A DNA stretch of 64,000 bases from an uncultured delta proteobacterium (GTDB taxonomy: Bacteria; Myxococcota_A; Polyangia; Polyangiales; Polyangiaceae), in contig CAWJCS010000005.1 of NCBI GenBank assembly GCA_963841435.1, forward strand, positions 1,440,001 to 1,504,000. The letters are read 5' to 3'. A program made the position numbers and the translations under genes. Below the pieces are notes generated by a model that was not told the DNA's origin, made no database searches, and was given only the letters and a program-made list of their open reading frames with translations. This document shows, piece after piece, positions 11,641 through 22,196 of the stretch. How positions within the stretch are numbered: the first letter of the stretch is position 1; each line of letters begins with the position of its first letter.

Positions 11641-13836
11641 TCACTTCACCGGAGGCGGCGGAACCGGCACGGGAGGCGGCGGAGGCGGCGGAGGCGTGGC
11701 ACCCGGAGGCGGCGACCCGGCCGGCGGCGGGGGCGGAGGCGGCGGCACGGGCTGCGAGGTATCGGGCTGCACACAGGCGGAGAGGTCGAAGAACATGAAC
11801 TCGAGCGCCTTCATCTGCGGCGACATCTCGTTCGTGAGACACCCGCCGCTCGGGAAGGGCTTCCTGGGATCGGAATCGTCGCCACCCATGCCGTTGACCT
11901 TCTCCTTGAGGTGAAGGTCGGTGAGCACCGTGCGGCCGCACTGGTTCGCTTCCTCGACACCCACGGGGGTGTTGAACGTCATGTACTGAATCGACGGGTC
12001 GTCGCTCTCGTTGGGGTTGTGGGCGACGTGGATCCAGCTCTGCGTGGGCGGTGTGACGGCCGTGACCGAATGCTGGCCGCCGTGGATCTCGAGCTGCCCG
12101 CGCGTGGGTGTGGCGCCGACCGCGACGAGCCAATCCGCGAGTGCGTTGCCCTTCGGGAAGTTGGTGTCGATGAGGCCCATCGTGGGGTCGGGGAGCTTGG
12201 CGCCGACGCCGATGTAGTTGGCGGTGCTCTGGAGCGTCGCCGAGCCGCTGCGGAGCCAGTAAAAGTGCAAGTGGCTCAAGAAGAGTCGCCCACCCGCGTT
12301 CATGTACCCCTCGATGTTGCCGAGGTACGCTTCCTTCTCGTCGGGGTACTGGCCGCCCTCGCACGAGTACACCTGGATGTCGTAACCGGCCATCTTGGTC
12401 GGGCTCGACCAGAGGGTGCTCGCGTGGGGGAAAGTGCCCCCGCTGTCGAAAACGTCGGCGCCGCGCCCCTTGTCCGACGCGAGCTCACCACCCACGTACA
12501 TGTGAACCCGGCCGTTGCCCGCGTCCGTCGTGAACTCGGAGTCGTCGATGCCGATCCGACGAAGCAAGCACTCGAGCGCGTCGGAGCCGCCCGTCACCAT
12601 CGCGATGTGCGGGATGTTGCCCTCCGACTGCGTGCGCGGGAGGCGCGTGAGATCCGGATCGTCGAGGGGTGTATCGACACACGAGCGGACGTTGGGGATC
12701 GTCACCTCGCGACGCCACTTGCCGACCTGGATGACGAGCGGAACGTCGGTACCCGTGGGCACGCCCGTGAGCCGAAAGCGACCCTGCGTGTCGGTGAGCG
12801 TGACCGCGATGGGGTCGCCCGACGCCACCGCGCCGCAGCGGTCGCAAGACGCGCCCGTGGGGATCGGGTCGAGCGGAGCGTTCGGAACGTAGACGACCGC
12901 GTTGTAGACGGGGTTGACGCCCGCGGGGTCGTAAACCGTGCCACTGAGCGACGTCGTGGAGCCGCCCGTGCACTGCTCGACCTGGCACGCCAGCCCCGTG
13001 CACACGGGGCCCCCGGTGCCGGGACACACGTGCGCGATGCCGTCACCGCCACACGTGTCGCCGCTGTCGCAGTCGCCGCAGTCGAGCACGCCGCCGCAGC
13101 CGTCGCCGATGGTGCCGCAGTACTGCGCACCGCCGTCGGGACTGCAGCCGACGCGCACGCAGTCCGGCGCGCCGCCGCACACGTGCTCGACGCCGCCACC
13201 GCCGCAGGTCGCTCCGCCGGCGCAGTCACCGCAATCGAGCGAGCCACCGCAGCCGTTGCCGATGACGCCGCAGAACGTCCCGCCGGTCGTCTCGCAGGTG
13301 AGCGGAACGCAGCCGGCCGCCACGCAGACGCCGCTCGTGCAGGATTCTCCGTTCGCGCAGTCGCCGCAGTCGAGCGCGCGACCGCAGCCATCGCCGATCA
13401 TGCCGCAGTAGCTCGCTCCCTCGGCGCTGCACGTCTGAGGGGTGCAGCTCGGCCCGCCGACGCAGACGTTGTCCTCACAGGTCCAGTCGCCGGAGCACGC
13501 GCCGCAGTCGAGCGTCAGTCCGCAGCCGTCCCCAATCTCTTCGCAGTACCGACCGCCGGTCGGCGTGCACGAGACCGCCGTGCACGATCCGCCGTCCGGC
13601 ATGTCCATCGGGTCGATGGGCACCGTGCCCGCCAATCCCCCCGAGGAGCCTCCGGCACCCGACCCGCCGCCGCCCGTGGCGCCGCCTCCCGACGCTCCCG
13701 TGGCGCCCCCGGTTCCCTCGGGGGTCGCGTCCCCCAGGCTATTGGTCGAGCCAGCGCTGCAGGCAGAGGCGAGGGCGGCGCCCAACCCGAACACGACGGC
13801 AGCGAGGAGGGTCCGAAAGTAGGCGCGGCGATGCAT
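11641..13836 (-). CDS. Large Cys-rich secreted lipoprotein with repeated CGxIGDGCGxxLDCGxC modules, carboxypeptidase-regulatory-like domain and poly-Pro tail
   Basis: Signal ending ASACS; four Cys repeats; LSGTVYDPAG...NAVVYVP; Pro-rich C-terminus. Confidence 0.8.
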   Translation of the reverse strand: MHRRAYFRTLLAAVVFGLGAALASACSAGSTNSLGDATPEGTGGATGASGGGATGGGGSGAGGSSGGLAGTVPIDPMDMPDGGSCTAVSCTPTGGRYCEEIGDGCGLTLDCGACSGDWTCEDNVCVGGPSCTPQTCSAEGASYCGMIGDGCGRALDCGDCANGESCTSGVCVAAGCVPLTCETTGGTFCGVIGNGCGGSLDCGDCAGGATCGGGGVEHVCGGAPDCVRVGCSPDGGAQYCGTIGDGCGGVLDCGDCDSGDTCGGDGIAHVCPGTGGPVCTGLACQVEQCTGGSTTSLSGTVYDPAGVNPVYNAVVYVPNAPLDPIPTGASCDRCGAVASGDPIAVTLTDTQGRFRLTGVPTGTDVPLVIQVGKWRREVTIPNVRSCVDTPLDDPDLTRLPRTQSEGNIPHIAMVTGGSDALECLLRRIGIDDSEFTTDAGNGRVHMYVGGELASDKGRGADVFDSGGTFPHASTLWSSPTKMAGYDIQVYSCEGGQYPDEKEAYLGNIEGYMNAGGRLFLSHLHFYWLRSGSATLQSTANYIGVGAKLPDPTMGLIDTNFPKGNALADWLVAVGATPTRGQLEIHGGQHSVTAVTPPTQSWIHVAHNPNESDDPSIQYMTFNTPVGVEEANQCGRTVLTDLHLKEKVNGMGGDDSDPRKPFPSGGCLTNEMSPQMKALEFMFFDLSACVQPDTSQPVPPPPPPPPAGSPPPGATPPPPPPPPVPVPPPPVK

Positions 13837-14045
13837 GTTTTTGGTGAGTGGGCGACAGGGGCTCGGTGTTCGAGGTGGGCTCCCCGCGTCTCGAGGTAAA
13901 TGCATCAGGCAGGCCAGCCGATCACGGGATACGACTCCCGGGGGTGAGATTCAGGCTCGCGGGCCGGTTTCTCGCTTGCTTCCCAGGAAAGCCGCGCGAT
14001 AACTTCCCGCCCCCCGTTCGCCGAGGGGCGAGGAGACCAACCTGC

Positions 14046-16433
14046 ATGAAGTTCGGGCATTTCGACGACGAGGCGCGCGAGTACGTGGTGACGCGCCCCG
14101 ACACCCCCCGCCCCTGGAGCAACTACCTCGGCACCACCGAATATGGCGCGATCATCACCAATCACGCCGGCGGCTTCAGCTTTTATAGGAGCGCCGCAAA
14201 GCACCGTTTCTTGCGCCTGCGTGGCAATTCTGTCCCGCTCGACCAACCGGGCCGGTATTTCTACCTACGCGACCGCACGAACGGCGACTACTGGAGCGCG
14301 AGCTGGCAGCCCGTCGGAAAACCGCTCGACCGCTACGAATCGGTCTGCCGTCACGGCACCGCCTACACCGTCATCACGTCGAAGTACGACGGCATCGAGA
14401 CCGAGGCGACCTACTTCGTCCCGCTCGATCAGCTCTTCGAGTATTGGCGTCTGCGCGTCACCAATCGCACGGACAAGAAGCGCTCGATCTCCGTCTACAC
14501 GTTCTGCGAGTTCACGAGCGTCGGCCACCTCTACAACGACCTCGTCAACCTGCAGTATTCCTGCTTCGCCAACAAGGCGGACTGGGTCAACGACATGCTC
14601 GCGGTCGCGTCGCATCCCTACGAGCCATTCGACCCCAAAAAGCTCGACGAGCTCGGCCGTTACTGGATGAAGGTCGTCGGCGCGCCCATCGCCGGGTTCG
14701 AGACGCTGCGCGAAAACTTCATCGGCAACTACGGCAGCTACAAGGAGCCCGAGGCGCTCGTCACCGGCAAGCTCTCCGGCTTCCAGACGGAGGGTGAGAA
14801 CGTCGTCGGGGTGCAGCAGCTGGACCTCGAGCTTGCGCCCGGCGAGACGCGCGAGCTCATCGTGCTGCTCGGCCTCGGCACACCCGCTTCGCACGGCAAG
14901 CGCACCATCGCCGAGTTCGGCACGCCCGAGCGCTGCGAGAAGGAGCTGACGGCACTCAAGCGCCACTGGCACTCCATGCTCGGCGGCGTTCGCGTCAAGA
15001 CGCCGGACCCCGAATTCGACAGCATGGTCAACGTCTGGAACGCGTACAACGCGCTCGTCACGTACGCCTGGTCGCGCGCCGCCTCGCTCATCTACAACGG
15101 CGAGCGCGACGGGCTCGGCTACCGCGACACCGTACAGGACTTCCTCGGCGTCACGCCGCTCCTCAAGGACAAGATGCGCGAGCGCCTCGAGCTGATGCTC
15201 ACGGGGCAGGTCGAGTGCGGCGGCGCCATGCCGCTCGTGCGGCCTTTCACGCACCGGCCGGGCCACGAGAAGGCGCCTCCGAAAGAGGACTTCCGCAGCG
15301 ACGACGCGCTCTGGCTCTTCAACGCCGTCCCGGCGTGGATCGCCGAGACGGGCGACGAGAGCTTCTATCGCAAGGTGCTGCCCTACGCCGACCACGGCGA
15401 GGCCACGGTGCTCGGACACCTGCGCCGCGCGCTCGAGTTCAACCTAGAGCGCAGCGGCAGAAACGGCCTGCCGTGCGGGCTCTCCGCGGACTGGAACGAC
15501 TGCTGCAACCTCGGCTACACGGGCGAGAGCGTGATGGTGGCGTTCCAGGTGCGCTACGGGCTCGGCGTGTATGCCGAGATCGCCGAGCGCCTGGGCGAGA
15601 AGGCCGAGGCGAGGTGGGCGCTCGAGCAGCGTGACGCGCTCGACACTTCCATCCAGAAGATCTGCTGGGACGGCGAGTGGTTCATCTGGGCCACGGGCCA
15701 CGACGGCACGATCTTCGGCACGAAAAAGATGGAAGAAGGCAAGGTGTACATCAACACCCAGGCCTGGGCCGTGATCAGCGGCGCCGCGACGCCCGAGCAA
15801 GCGCGCCTCGCGATGAAGTCGATGAAGGACTACCTCGCGACGCCTTACGGGCTGATGCTGAGCGCGCCGCCCTTCGAGAAGACGCCGAAGTCCGTGATGG
15901 GTGGCGTCGTCTACAACAAGGGCATCAAGGAAAACGCGGGCATCTTCAACCACCCACAGGGCTGGGCCGTCATGGCCGAATGCCTGCTCGGCAACGGCGA
16001 CCAAGCCTACGAGTACTACCGGGCGTACATGCCGTCCGCGTACAACGAGCGCGCCGAGATCCGCCAGATCGAGCCCTACGTGCACAGCCAGACGACGTAC
16101 GCGACGGTCAACCGCAACGCCGGAAAATCCAGGGTACCTTGGCTCACCGGCACCGTGTCGTGGAGCTACTTCGTGGCTCTGCAGAGCGTGCTCGGCATCC
16201 GTCCCGAGCTCGACGGCCTGCGCATCGACCCGTGCATCCCCTCGACGTGGCCCGGTTACGAGATGGAGCGCGAGTTCCGAGGCAAGACGCTCAAGATCGT
16301 GGTCAAGAACCCCGGCAAGAAATGCAGGGGCGTGACCGAGCTCTCGCTCGGCGGAAAGAAGATTGCCGGAAACCTGCTCCCGGTCGCCGAGCTTCGTGAC
16401 GGTCTCGTGGTCGAGGCAACGCTTTCCGGCTGA
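14046..16433 (+). CDS. GH94 glycoside phosphorylase (chitobiose/cellobiose phosphorylase-like)
   Basis: MKFGHFDD..REYVVTRPDTPRPWSNYLG, GYRDTVQD, ADWNDC, KENAGIFNH, WLTGT. Confidence 0.93.
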   Translation: MKFGHFDDEAREYVVTRPDTPRPWSNYLGTTEYGAIITNHAGGFSFYRSAAKHRFLRLRGNSVPLDQPGRYFYLRDRTNGDYWSASWQPVGKPLDRYESVCRHGTAYTVITSKYDGIETEATYFVPLDQLFEYWRLRVTNRTDKKRSISVYTFCEFTSVGHLYNDLVNLQYSCFANKADWVNDMLAVASHPYEPFDPKKLDELGRYWMKVVGAPIAGFETLRENFIGNYGSYKEPEALVTGKLSGFQTEGENVVGVQQLDLELAPGETRELIVLLGLGTPASHGKRTIAEFGTPERCEKELTALKRHWHSMLGGVRVKTPDPEFDSMVNVWNAYNALVTYAWSRAASLIYNGERDGLGYRDTVQDFLGVTPLLKDKMRERLELMLTGQVECGGAMPLVRPFTHRPGHEKAPPKEDFRSDDALWLFNAVPAWIAETGDESFYRKVLPYADHGEATVLGHLRRALEFNLERSGRNGLPCGLSADWNDCCNLGYTGESVMVAFQVRYGLGVYAEIAERLGEKAEARWALEQRDALDTSIQKICWDGEWFIWATGHDGTIFGTKKMEEGKVYINTQAWAVISGAATPEQARLAMKSMKDYLATPYGLMLSAPPFEKTPKSVMGGVVYNKGIKENAGIFNHPQGWAVMAECLLGNGDQAYEYYRAYMPSAYNERAEIRQIEPYVHSQTTYATVNRNAGKSRVPWLTGTVSWSYFVALQSVLGIRPELDGLRIDPCIPSTWPGYEMEREFRGKTLKIVVKNPGKKCRGVTELSLGGKKIAGNLLPVAELRDGLVVEATLSG

Positions 16434-16453
16434 GCCAAGCGCTGGAGGGTACG

Positions 16454-16929
16454 TCACCGCGTTCTTTCAACGGCTCGGAGAGCCCAGCGACGACGCCGGC
16501 GCGCTGGCGTCGGAGACGCTCCGCACGCTCGTACGACAACGCGCCTTTTTCCCGCGTGGGGCGAGCGCGCTTCACTTCGCGTACGCCATCGCCGTACGAC
16601 AACACGCCGACCGGGCGAGCACCCGTCCCCACACCAGCGCTCGCAAGCTGCCCGAGGCCACGGTGGCGCGTCCGCTCGGTGGTCGTGCAGGCGCCGTGGC
16701 CGCGGGGCTGGGTGCCCTCGAACCCGCCGAACGACTCGCATTCGTTCTCGTCCGCTACGAGCGGCTGAGCTTCGCCGACACGGCCGAGGTGCTCGGCGCG
16801 TCGGAGCGGCAGGTGCGGGCACGCGCCGATCGCGCGCTCGTCGCGCTCCGGTCCGCGCTCGGTGTGAGCGCGGGAGTGTTGAGCGCGTCGCCCTCCCCGC
16901 TCGTGGCGCCGGAGGCGACCCAAGCTTGA
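16454..16929 (+). CDS. Sigma-70 region 4-like HTH protein, possibly a degenerate ECF remnant
   Basis: ALEPAERLAFVLVRYERLSFADTAEVLGASERQVRARADRA; no clear region 2 or start codon. Confidence 0.5.
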
Positions 16930-16945
16930 CCGAGCACGCCGGTCC

Positions 16946-17284
16946 CTAGCGCAGCGCGCCGAGCGCCTCGAGGTGCGCGGCGCAAATGAAGTCGTTCTCG
17001 CTAACTCCGCCGACCGTGTGAGTCCAGTAGACGACCCGGCAGCGCTTGTAAGAAACCTCGAGATCCGGATGGTGATCCTCGCGGTGCGCCACCCACGCGA
17101 GAGCGTTCACGAACGCCATCGTCTCGTGGAAATTCTCGAACCCGTACGTTTTGGCAATGCGCTTGCCGTCGGGCTCGAGCGCCCAACCGGGGACCTCCGG
17201 CAAGAGCGCCGCTATCTCGGAGGCGGACAGCGCGGGCGTGCCCGCCGGCAGGTCACGACAATGGCGATCGACCAAACGCGACAT
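16946..17284 (-). CDS. phhB: Pterin-4-alpha-carbinolamine dehydratase
   Basis: FVNALAWVAHREDHHPDL, WTHTVGGVSENDFICAA. Confidence 0.92.
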   Translation of the reverse strand: MSRLVDRHCRDLPAGTPALSASEIAALLPEVPGWALEPDGKRIAKTYGFENFHETMAFVNALAWVAHREDHHPDLEVSYKRCRVVYWTHTVGGVSENDFICAAHLEALGALR

Positions 17285-17328
17285 GCGGGCGACTTTACGC
17301 GCGAGCGCCGCGGACGCAAGGTCCGAGC

Positions 17329-18045
17329 TCAGCTTTCGGGCTCGAGCAGCAGGCGAGCTTCGTTCACGGCCGCGGCCACGGGCGCCAACCGTTCGTCGCC
17401 GCGCACGAGGGCGAGCAGCCCGCGCATCGCCGTGAGGTAACCCTCGCGCTCGAGCTCCCCACGCAGCAGCTGGACGCGCAGGAACACGCCGGCAGTCTGG
17501 ACGACATCGCACAAGCAATAGTTGCGAACCTCTTGCACGCGCCCCGCGTGGACGAGCGGCCCCACGTCCTTGCCCTCGACTCCCACCTTGCCGGGCATGC
17601 CGCACAGCTTGGCGATCACGTCGAGGCGCGACGACTTCGCCGCGCCGAAGTCCGCCACGTAGTCCATCAGGTCGAGGTGACCGTCGGCGGAGAACCGGTA
17701 GCGGACGTCGCGAGATCGATAGTAGTGGCGGAGTGCGATGCCGTACCGCAGGCACCGCGTGGCGATCACCGGCATGTCGAAGGACCGCCCATTGAACGTC
17801 ACGAGGCACGGCCGGCGCTCCTCGAGCAGCTTCGCGAAGTCGTTGAGCATGCCCGCCTCGTCCTTGCCCTCGCTGACGACCCCGAGCCGCTTCACCTCGT
17901 AGGCGGAGTCGAGCATCAACGCGCCGATGACGACGACGCGGTGATGAGGGGGCGCCGGAAGGCGCTCCGTATCGGCGGCCTGCACAATCGGCAGCTCTGC
18001 GTCGAGCACGGTTTCGATGTCGAGGACCAGATACGAGGTGGACAA
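17329..18045 (-). CDS. Predicted 3'-5' exonuclease (PolB-like, DEDDy)
   Basis: LVLDIET, TFNGRSFDMP, HLDLMD, YCLCDV. Confidence 0.88.
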   Translation of the reverse strand: MSTSYLVLDIETVLDAELPIVQAADTERLPAPPHHRVVVIGALMLDSAYEVKRLGVVSEGKDEAGMLNDFAKLLEERRPCLVTFNGRSFDMPVIATRCLRYGIALRHYYRSRDVRYRFSADGHLDLMDYVADFGAAKSSRLDVIAKLCGMPGKVGVEGKDVGPLVHAGRVQEVRNYCLCDVVQTAGVFLRVQLLRGELEREGYLTAMRGLLALVRGDERLAPVAAAVNEARLLLEPES

Positions 18046-18273
18046 CGCTCTTCCCGTTAGCAGGTTCCCGCGGCGGAAGCGCTCGGTTGCGCCGGGGCCG
18101 AGAACGCCAGGCCGTCGTCTAACCCCCGGTAATTGCCGCGATATTTTGCAGGAAACGAGCGCAGTGGGCGCCCCGCGTGGTAATTGCCGAAGCTAGACGC
18201 GCACGGCTCGCGGACGGCAGCCCATGGGTGGGTGGCCGCGCAGCGAATCGAGCGTCGCAAGCTTTTTTCCACA

Positions 18274-20493
18274 ATGGCTCGAAACACACTCGTCATCAAT
18301 TGCGACATCCGGGAAACCCGGGTCGCGCTCATCGAAAACGGCATCATCGCGGAGCTCCAGATCGAGCGCGCCTCGTCGGCGGGCACGGTGGGCAACATCG
18401 TGCTCGGGCGCGTCACGCGCGTGCTCCCCGGGATGCAAGCAGCCTTCATCGACGTAGGCCTGGACCGGGCCGCGTTCCTTCACGTGGAGGACCTGATCCG
18501 CCCGGACGACTTCGAGGCGTACCTCTCGGGCGCTCGGAGGAACGAGACGGACGAACAGTACCAGAAGGGAGAGGGAGGCAAGCGGCACGGCGCCCAGACC
18601 AAGGCCGTCGGGGAAGTCGGGGAAGTCGGGGAAGTCGGGGAAGCGAGGGGAGCCGACGACGACGACGAGCCGGTGCTCGGCGTGGCCGCGGTCGTTGCGG
18701 CCGCGCTCGACGACGAGGGCGTCGAGGATGACGAGGACGACGAGGACGACGAGGACGACGAGGACGACGAGAGCGATCCTCAGGCGACCGGCGCAGCGGT
18801 CAACAGTGACCCCGCGGCGACCGGCAACGGGGACGAGGACGAGGACGACGAGGACGACGAGGACGACGAGGACGACGAGGACGACGAGGACGACGAGGAC
18901 GACGAGGACGACGAGAGCGATCCTGCGGTGAGCGGCGCGGCGGTCGACGGCGACGCTGCGGCGGCCGTCGAAGCGGTCGACGGCGACCCCAGCTCCGCGA
19001 CCGGCGAGGTCCCGGACGAAGACGACGAAGACGACGAGCCCGATTCCGAAAGCGACCCGGGCGCAGCCTCACCTGCCGGCGGCCCCATCGAGGAAGAGGA
19101 GGAGGAGGAGGAGGCTGGCGGTGGCTCGGGGCGAAAACGACGACGACGGCGCCGCGGCCGCGAGGGTCGCGGCAACGAGCGAAGCGCGGGCACCGCGCCG
19201 GCGGAGCGGGGACGCGGCGAGCGCCCTGCTCGCGATCGCGATCGTACCCGCCGCGCTGGCCGGCCGACGTCGCGCGTCTCGCGCTCCGTGCCCATCACCG
19301 AGGTCGTCAAGGAGGGCGACGAAGTGATCGTGCAGATCTCCAAGGAGCCCATCGGCACCAAGGGCGCCCGCGTGACGAGTCACGTCTCGCTGCCCGGCCG
19401 CTATGCGGTTTACCTACCGACCGTCGACCACGTCGGTATCTCGAAGCGAATCGGCTCCTCCCGCGAGCGGGCACGCCTGCGCGAGGTGGTCGAAGGGCTG
19501 CGCCCGCCCTCGGGAGGCTTGATCGTGCGCACCGTCGCGGAGGGCCTCACCAAGAAGAGCCTCAAGGCCGACATCGGGTATCTCGTCAAGCTTTGGGAGG
19601 ACGTTTCCAAAAAGCGAGAGAACGCCAAGCCACCCTGCGTGCTGTACACCGAGCTCGATCTCGTACTGAAGACGGCCAGGGATCTGTTCACCGACGAGAT
19701 CGAGAGCATCGTGATCGACGACAGGGAGCAACACGCGAGGCTGCTCCGATTCGTCGAGATGTTCATGCCGGCGCGCGCCAAAGACGTGCAGCTCTACGCG
19801 AGCGACGAGCCGATTTTCGACGCCTACGGCATCGAGGACGAGATCTCCCGAGCGCTCGGACGCAAGGTGCAGCTGCCGAGCGGCGGGCATCTGATCCTCG
19901 ACCAAGCGGAAGCGCTCACGGCCATCGACGTGAACACGGGTCGCTACGTGGGCAAGGGCAGCCGCGACCTCGAGGAAACCGCGCTCAAGACCAATCTCGA
20001 AGCCGTCGATGAGATTGCGTACCAGCTCAGGTTTCGCAACATCGGCGGCCTCGTGATCCTCGATCTCATCGACATGGACGCGCCCCAGAACCGCGAGAAG
20101 GTCTGGCGCGCCCTCGAGCAACGCCTCGAGCGCGACAAGGCGAAGACGACCATCAATCGCATCAGCGAGCTTGGGCTCATCGAGATGACGCGCAAGCGCA
20201 CCCGCGAGAGCCTCGGACGCACGATGCACGAGACGTGCTTCTACTGCGACGGCACGGGCCAGGTGCAGTCCAAGACGACCATCGCCTACGAGATCCTGCG
20301 GCAGATCCGCCGCGAGCGACAAAACCTGCCGGGCTACTCGGTGCTCGTGAACGCGCACCCTGCCGTCGTCGATCTCATGCAGGGCGAGGAGCGCGCGGCC
20401 GTGCAGGAGGCCGAACGCCGATACATGCGACGCATCGAATTCAACCCGCGCACCGAGTATCACATCGAGCAATTCGACCTACATGGGAAGTGA
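18274..20493 (+). CDS. rne: Rne/Rng family ribonuclease with a long acidic insertion in the S1 domain
   Basis: VLPGMQAAFIDVG, KEPIGTKGARVT, AIDVNTG, LRFRNIGGLVILDLIDM, CFYCDGTG. Confidence 0.92.
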   Translation: MARNTLVINCDIRETRVALIENGIIAELQIERASSAGTVGNIVLGRVTRVLPGMQAAFIDVGLDRAAFLHVEDLIRPDDFEAYLSGARRNETDEQYQKGEGGKRHGAQTKAVGEVGEVGEVGEARGADDDDEPVLGVAAVVAAALDDEGVEDDEDDEDDEDDEDDESDPQATGAAVNSDPAATGNGDEDEDDEDDEDDEDDEDDEDDEDDEDDESDPAVSGAAVDGDAAAAVEAVDGDPSSATGEVPDEDDEDDEPDSESDPGAASPAGGPIEEEEEEEEAGGGSGRKRRRRRRGREGRGNERSAGTAPAERGRGERPARDRDRTRRAGRPTSRVSRSVPITEVVKEGDEVIVQISKEPIGTKGARVTSHVSLPGRYAVYLPTVDHVGISKRIGSSRERARLREVVEGLRPPSGGLIVRTVAEGLTKKSLKADIGYLVKLWEDVSKKRENAKPPCVLYTELDLVLKTARDLFTDEIESIVIDDREQHARLLRFVEMFMPARAKDVQLYASDEPIFDAYGIEDEISRALGRKVQLPSGGHLILDQAEALTAIDVNTGRYVGKGSRDLEETALKTNLEAVDEIAYQLRFRNIGGLVILDLIDMDAPQNREKVWRALEQRLERDKAKTTINRISELGLIEMTRKRTRESLGRTMHETCFYCDGTGQVQSKTTIAYEILRQIRRERQNLPGYSVLVNAHPAVVDLMQGEERAAVQEAERRYMRRIEFNPRTEYHIEQFDLHGK
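18724..18918 (+). repeat. GACGACGAG (DDE) 9-bp tandem arrays inside rne
   Basis: Two runs of the 9-mer, each ending GAGAGCGATCCT. Confidence 0.85.
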
Positions 20494-20498
20494 CGCGG

Positions 20499-20867
20499 GT
20501 GACTGACGGACGAAGGTCCGAAAAGGACGGCGAGCCAGGCGCCGACCCGCCCGAACGCCGCCACGGCGAGCGCGTGACGCTCAACAAACAGTTCGATTCG
20601 TTCGAGCAGTTCGTCACGGAGTACGTGACCGATCTCTCGGGCGAGGGCGCGTTCATTCGCACCGATTCGCCCTTGCCCGTCGGGACGGAGGTCAACTTGA
20701 AGTTTTCCGTGTTGCTCGATCAGGTGGAAGTCGTCCAGGGGGTCGGGGTCGTGGTGCGGGTGGGGACCAATCCCGCTGGCATGGGGGTCGTCTTCAAGCG
20801 GCTCGAGACGTACTCGGAGCGGCTCATCGAGCGCTTGTTGGTCGGAAGCAAGCGGACCCGCGAGTGA
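20499..20867 (+). CDS. PilZ-domain protein (myxobacterial type)
   Basis: RRxxxR motif ERRHGERV; DLSGEGAFI; GMGVVF. Confidence 0.85.
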   Translation: MTDGRRSEKDGEPGADPPERRHGERVTLNKQFDSFEQFVTEYVTDLSGEGAFIRTDSPLPVGTEVNLKFSVLLDQVEVVQGVGVVVRVGTNPAGMGVVFKRLETYSERLIERLLVGSKRTRE

Positions 20868-20967
20868 AGCGCTTGCGAGATCCCGGACAGCAGGGTAGCC
20901 TCCGCCACTCTTCGAGCACGAAGCGCAGACCCGATCCGCGGGAACGCGCCCGGCCCGCCTCCCCTCC

Positions 20968-21357
20968 ATGAGCTCCTTTCGATCGAGAAACCGCGAGGCA
21001 GCGCAGCTCGCGGCCGAGCGAAGGGCCCGCGAGGACCAGGCGCCACGCCTCACTGCCGAGGTTCCGGGGCTCAAGTCGCTTCGCCTCGAGATCGAGGAAC
21101 GGCGCTCGGGCGCTACGGTGCCGGAGACCCAACATGTTCGCCACGTGTCGGTCCCCCACGCGCCGGCGCTCTTCGATTTGCCCTGCCGCGAGCCCTCCTG
21201 CACGGGCGGCGGCCACGACATGACGGCGGCCATCATGCGGGCGCTCAAGGCCCGCTCAACGCAGTTCGACGGCGAGCACGCCTGCCACGGCACGACGCGC
21301 GACGCGGAGTGCACGCGGGTGCTGCGCTTCGTGGGCATCGCCGAATACGAGGACTAG
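20968..21357 (+). CDS. Hypothetical protein with possible metal-binding Cys/His
   Basis: CREPSCTGGGHD...CHG...C. Confidence 0.7.
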   Translation: MSSFRSRNREAAQLAAERRAREDQAPRLTAEVPGLKSLRLEIEERRSGATVPETQHVRHVSVPHAPALFDLPCREPSCTGGGHDMTAAIMRALKARSTQFDGEHACHGTTRDAECTRVLRFVGIAEYED

Positions 21358-21411
21358 CGCTCCTCCGCCGGGGCCCTCGCCGGCCACGGGGGCGGTGTAT
21401 GGTCGGCCGGC

Positions 21412-22149
21412 ATGCGGCACGCGCTGATCCTCACTCACGTCGCGCACGAAGGCCCCGGGCGGCTCCTTCACGCGCTCGAGCGCGCGGGTGTCACGAGCGA
21501 GGTCCGGCGGCTCGAGGCGGGCGACGCGGTGCCGACCTCGCTCGAGTCCTTCCATCTGCTCGCCGTGATGGGCGGTCCAATGGGCGTCAACGATGTGGGC
21601 TCGGAACGATTCCCGTTCCTTTCGCCCGAGCTCGAGCTCTTGAAGCAGGCGATCCGAAGCGGTTTCCCCGCACTCGGCACGTGTCTGGGCGCGCAGCTCA
21701 TGGCCGCCGCCGCTGGCGCCCGCGTGTACCCGAACGTCACCGGGGAACCGCCGCGGCCCGCACGCGAGGTTGGCTGGGGTGCCGTACACTTCGTGCGCAC
21801 GGCCAACGAGGAGCCCGTGCTTCGCGGTCTCGATACCTCCGAGCTCGTGCTGCACTGGCACGGTGACACCTTCGACCTTCCGAAAGGAGCGACGCTCCTC
21901 GGCTCGAGCCTTGCGTGCGAAAATCAGATGTTCCGCCTTGGTGATCGCCAGTTCGGGTTGCAGTTCCACGTCGAGATCGACGAGGACGATGTCGTCGCCT
22001 GGCTCCGAGCCGGCGCGGACTACGTGCGAGAGTCGCTGGGCGCGGAGGGCGCAATGCGTATCCTGCGCGATACCAAGCGTCTCTTGCCGCGCGCGAGCGT
22101 GCGAGGCGATCGCTTGCTCGACAACATCGTCAGCGCACTTTGCGCGTAG
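21412..22149 (+). CDS. Type 1 glutamine amidotransferase
   Basis: MGGPMGV, LGTCLGAQL, WHGDTF, QFHVE. Confidence 0.92.
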   Translation: MRHALILTHVAHEGPGRLLHALERAGVTSEVRRLEAGDAVPTSLESFHLLAVMGGPMGVNDVGSERFPFLSPELELLKQAIRSGFPALGTCLGAQLMAAAAGARVYPNVTGEPPRPAREVGWGAVHFVRTANEEPVLRGLDTSELVLHWHGDTFDLPKGATLLGSSLACENQMFRLGDRQFGLQFHVEIDEDDVVAWLRAGADYVRESLGAEGAMRILRDTKRLLPRASVRGDRLLDNIVSALCA

Positions 22150-22196
22150 GACGCGCGTTTCGCGCGTGAAGTCGGTCCACCGAGCGGGATCGATCT

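Noticed and set aside
11629-13899. Long antisense or alternate-frame ORFs (this one, 28952-30673, 3303-4610 and many others)
   Set aside because: Shadow ORFs expected in high-GC DNA opposite well-supported genes
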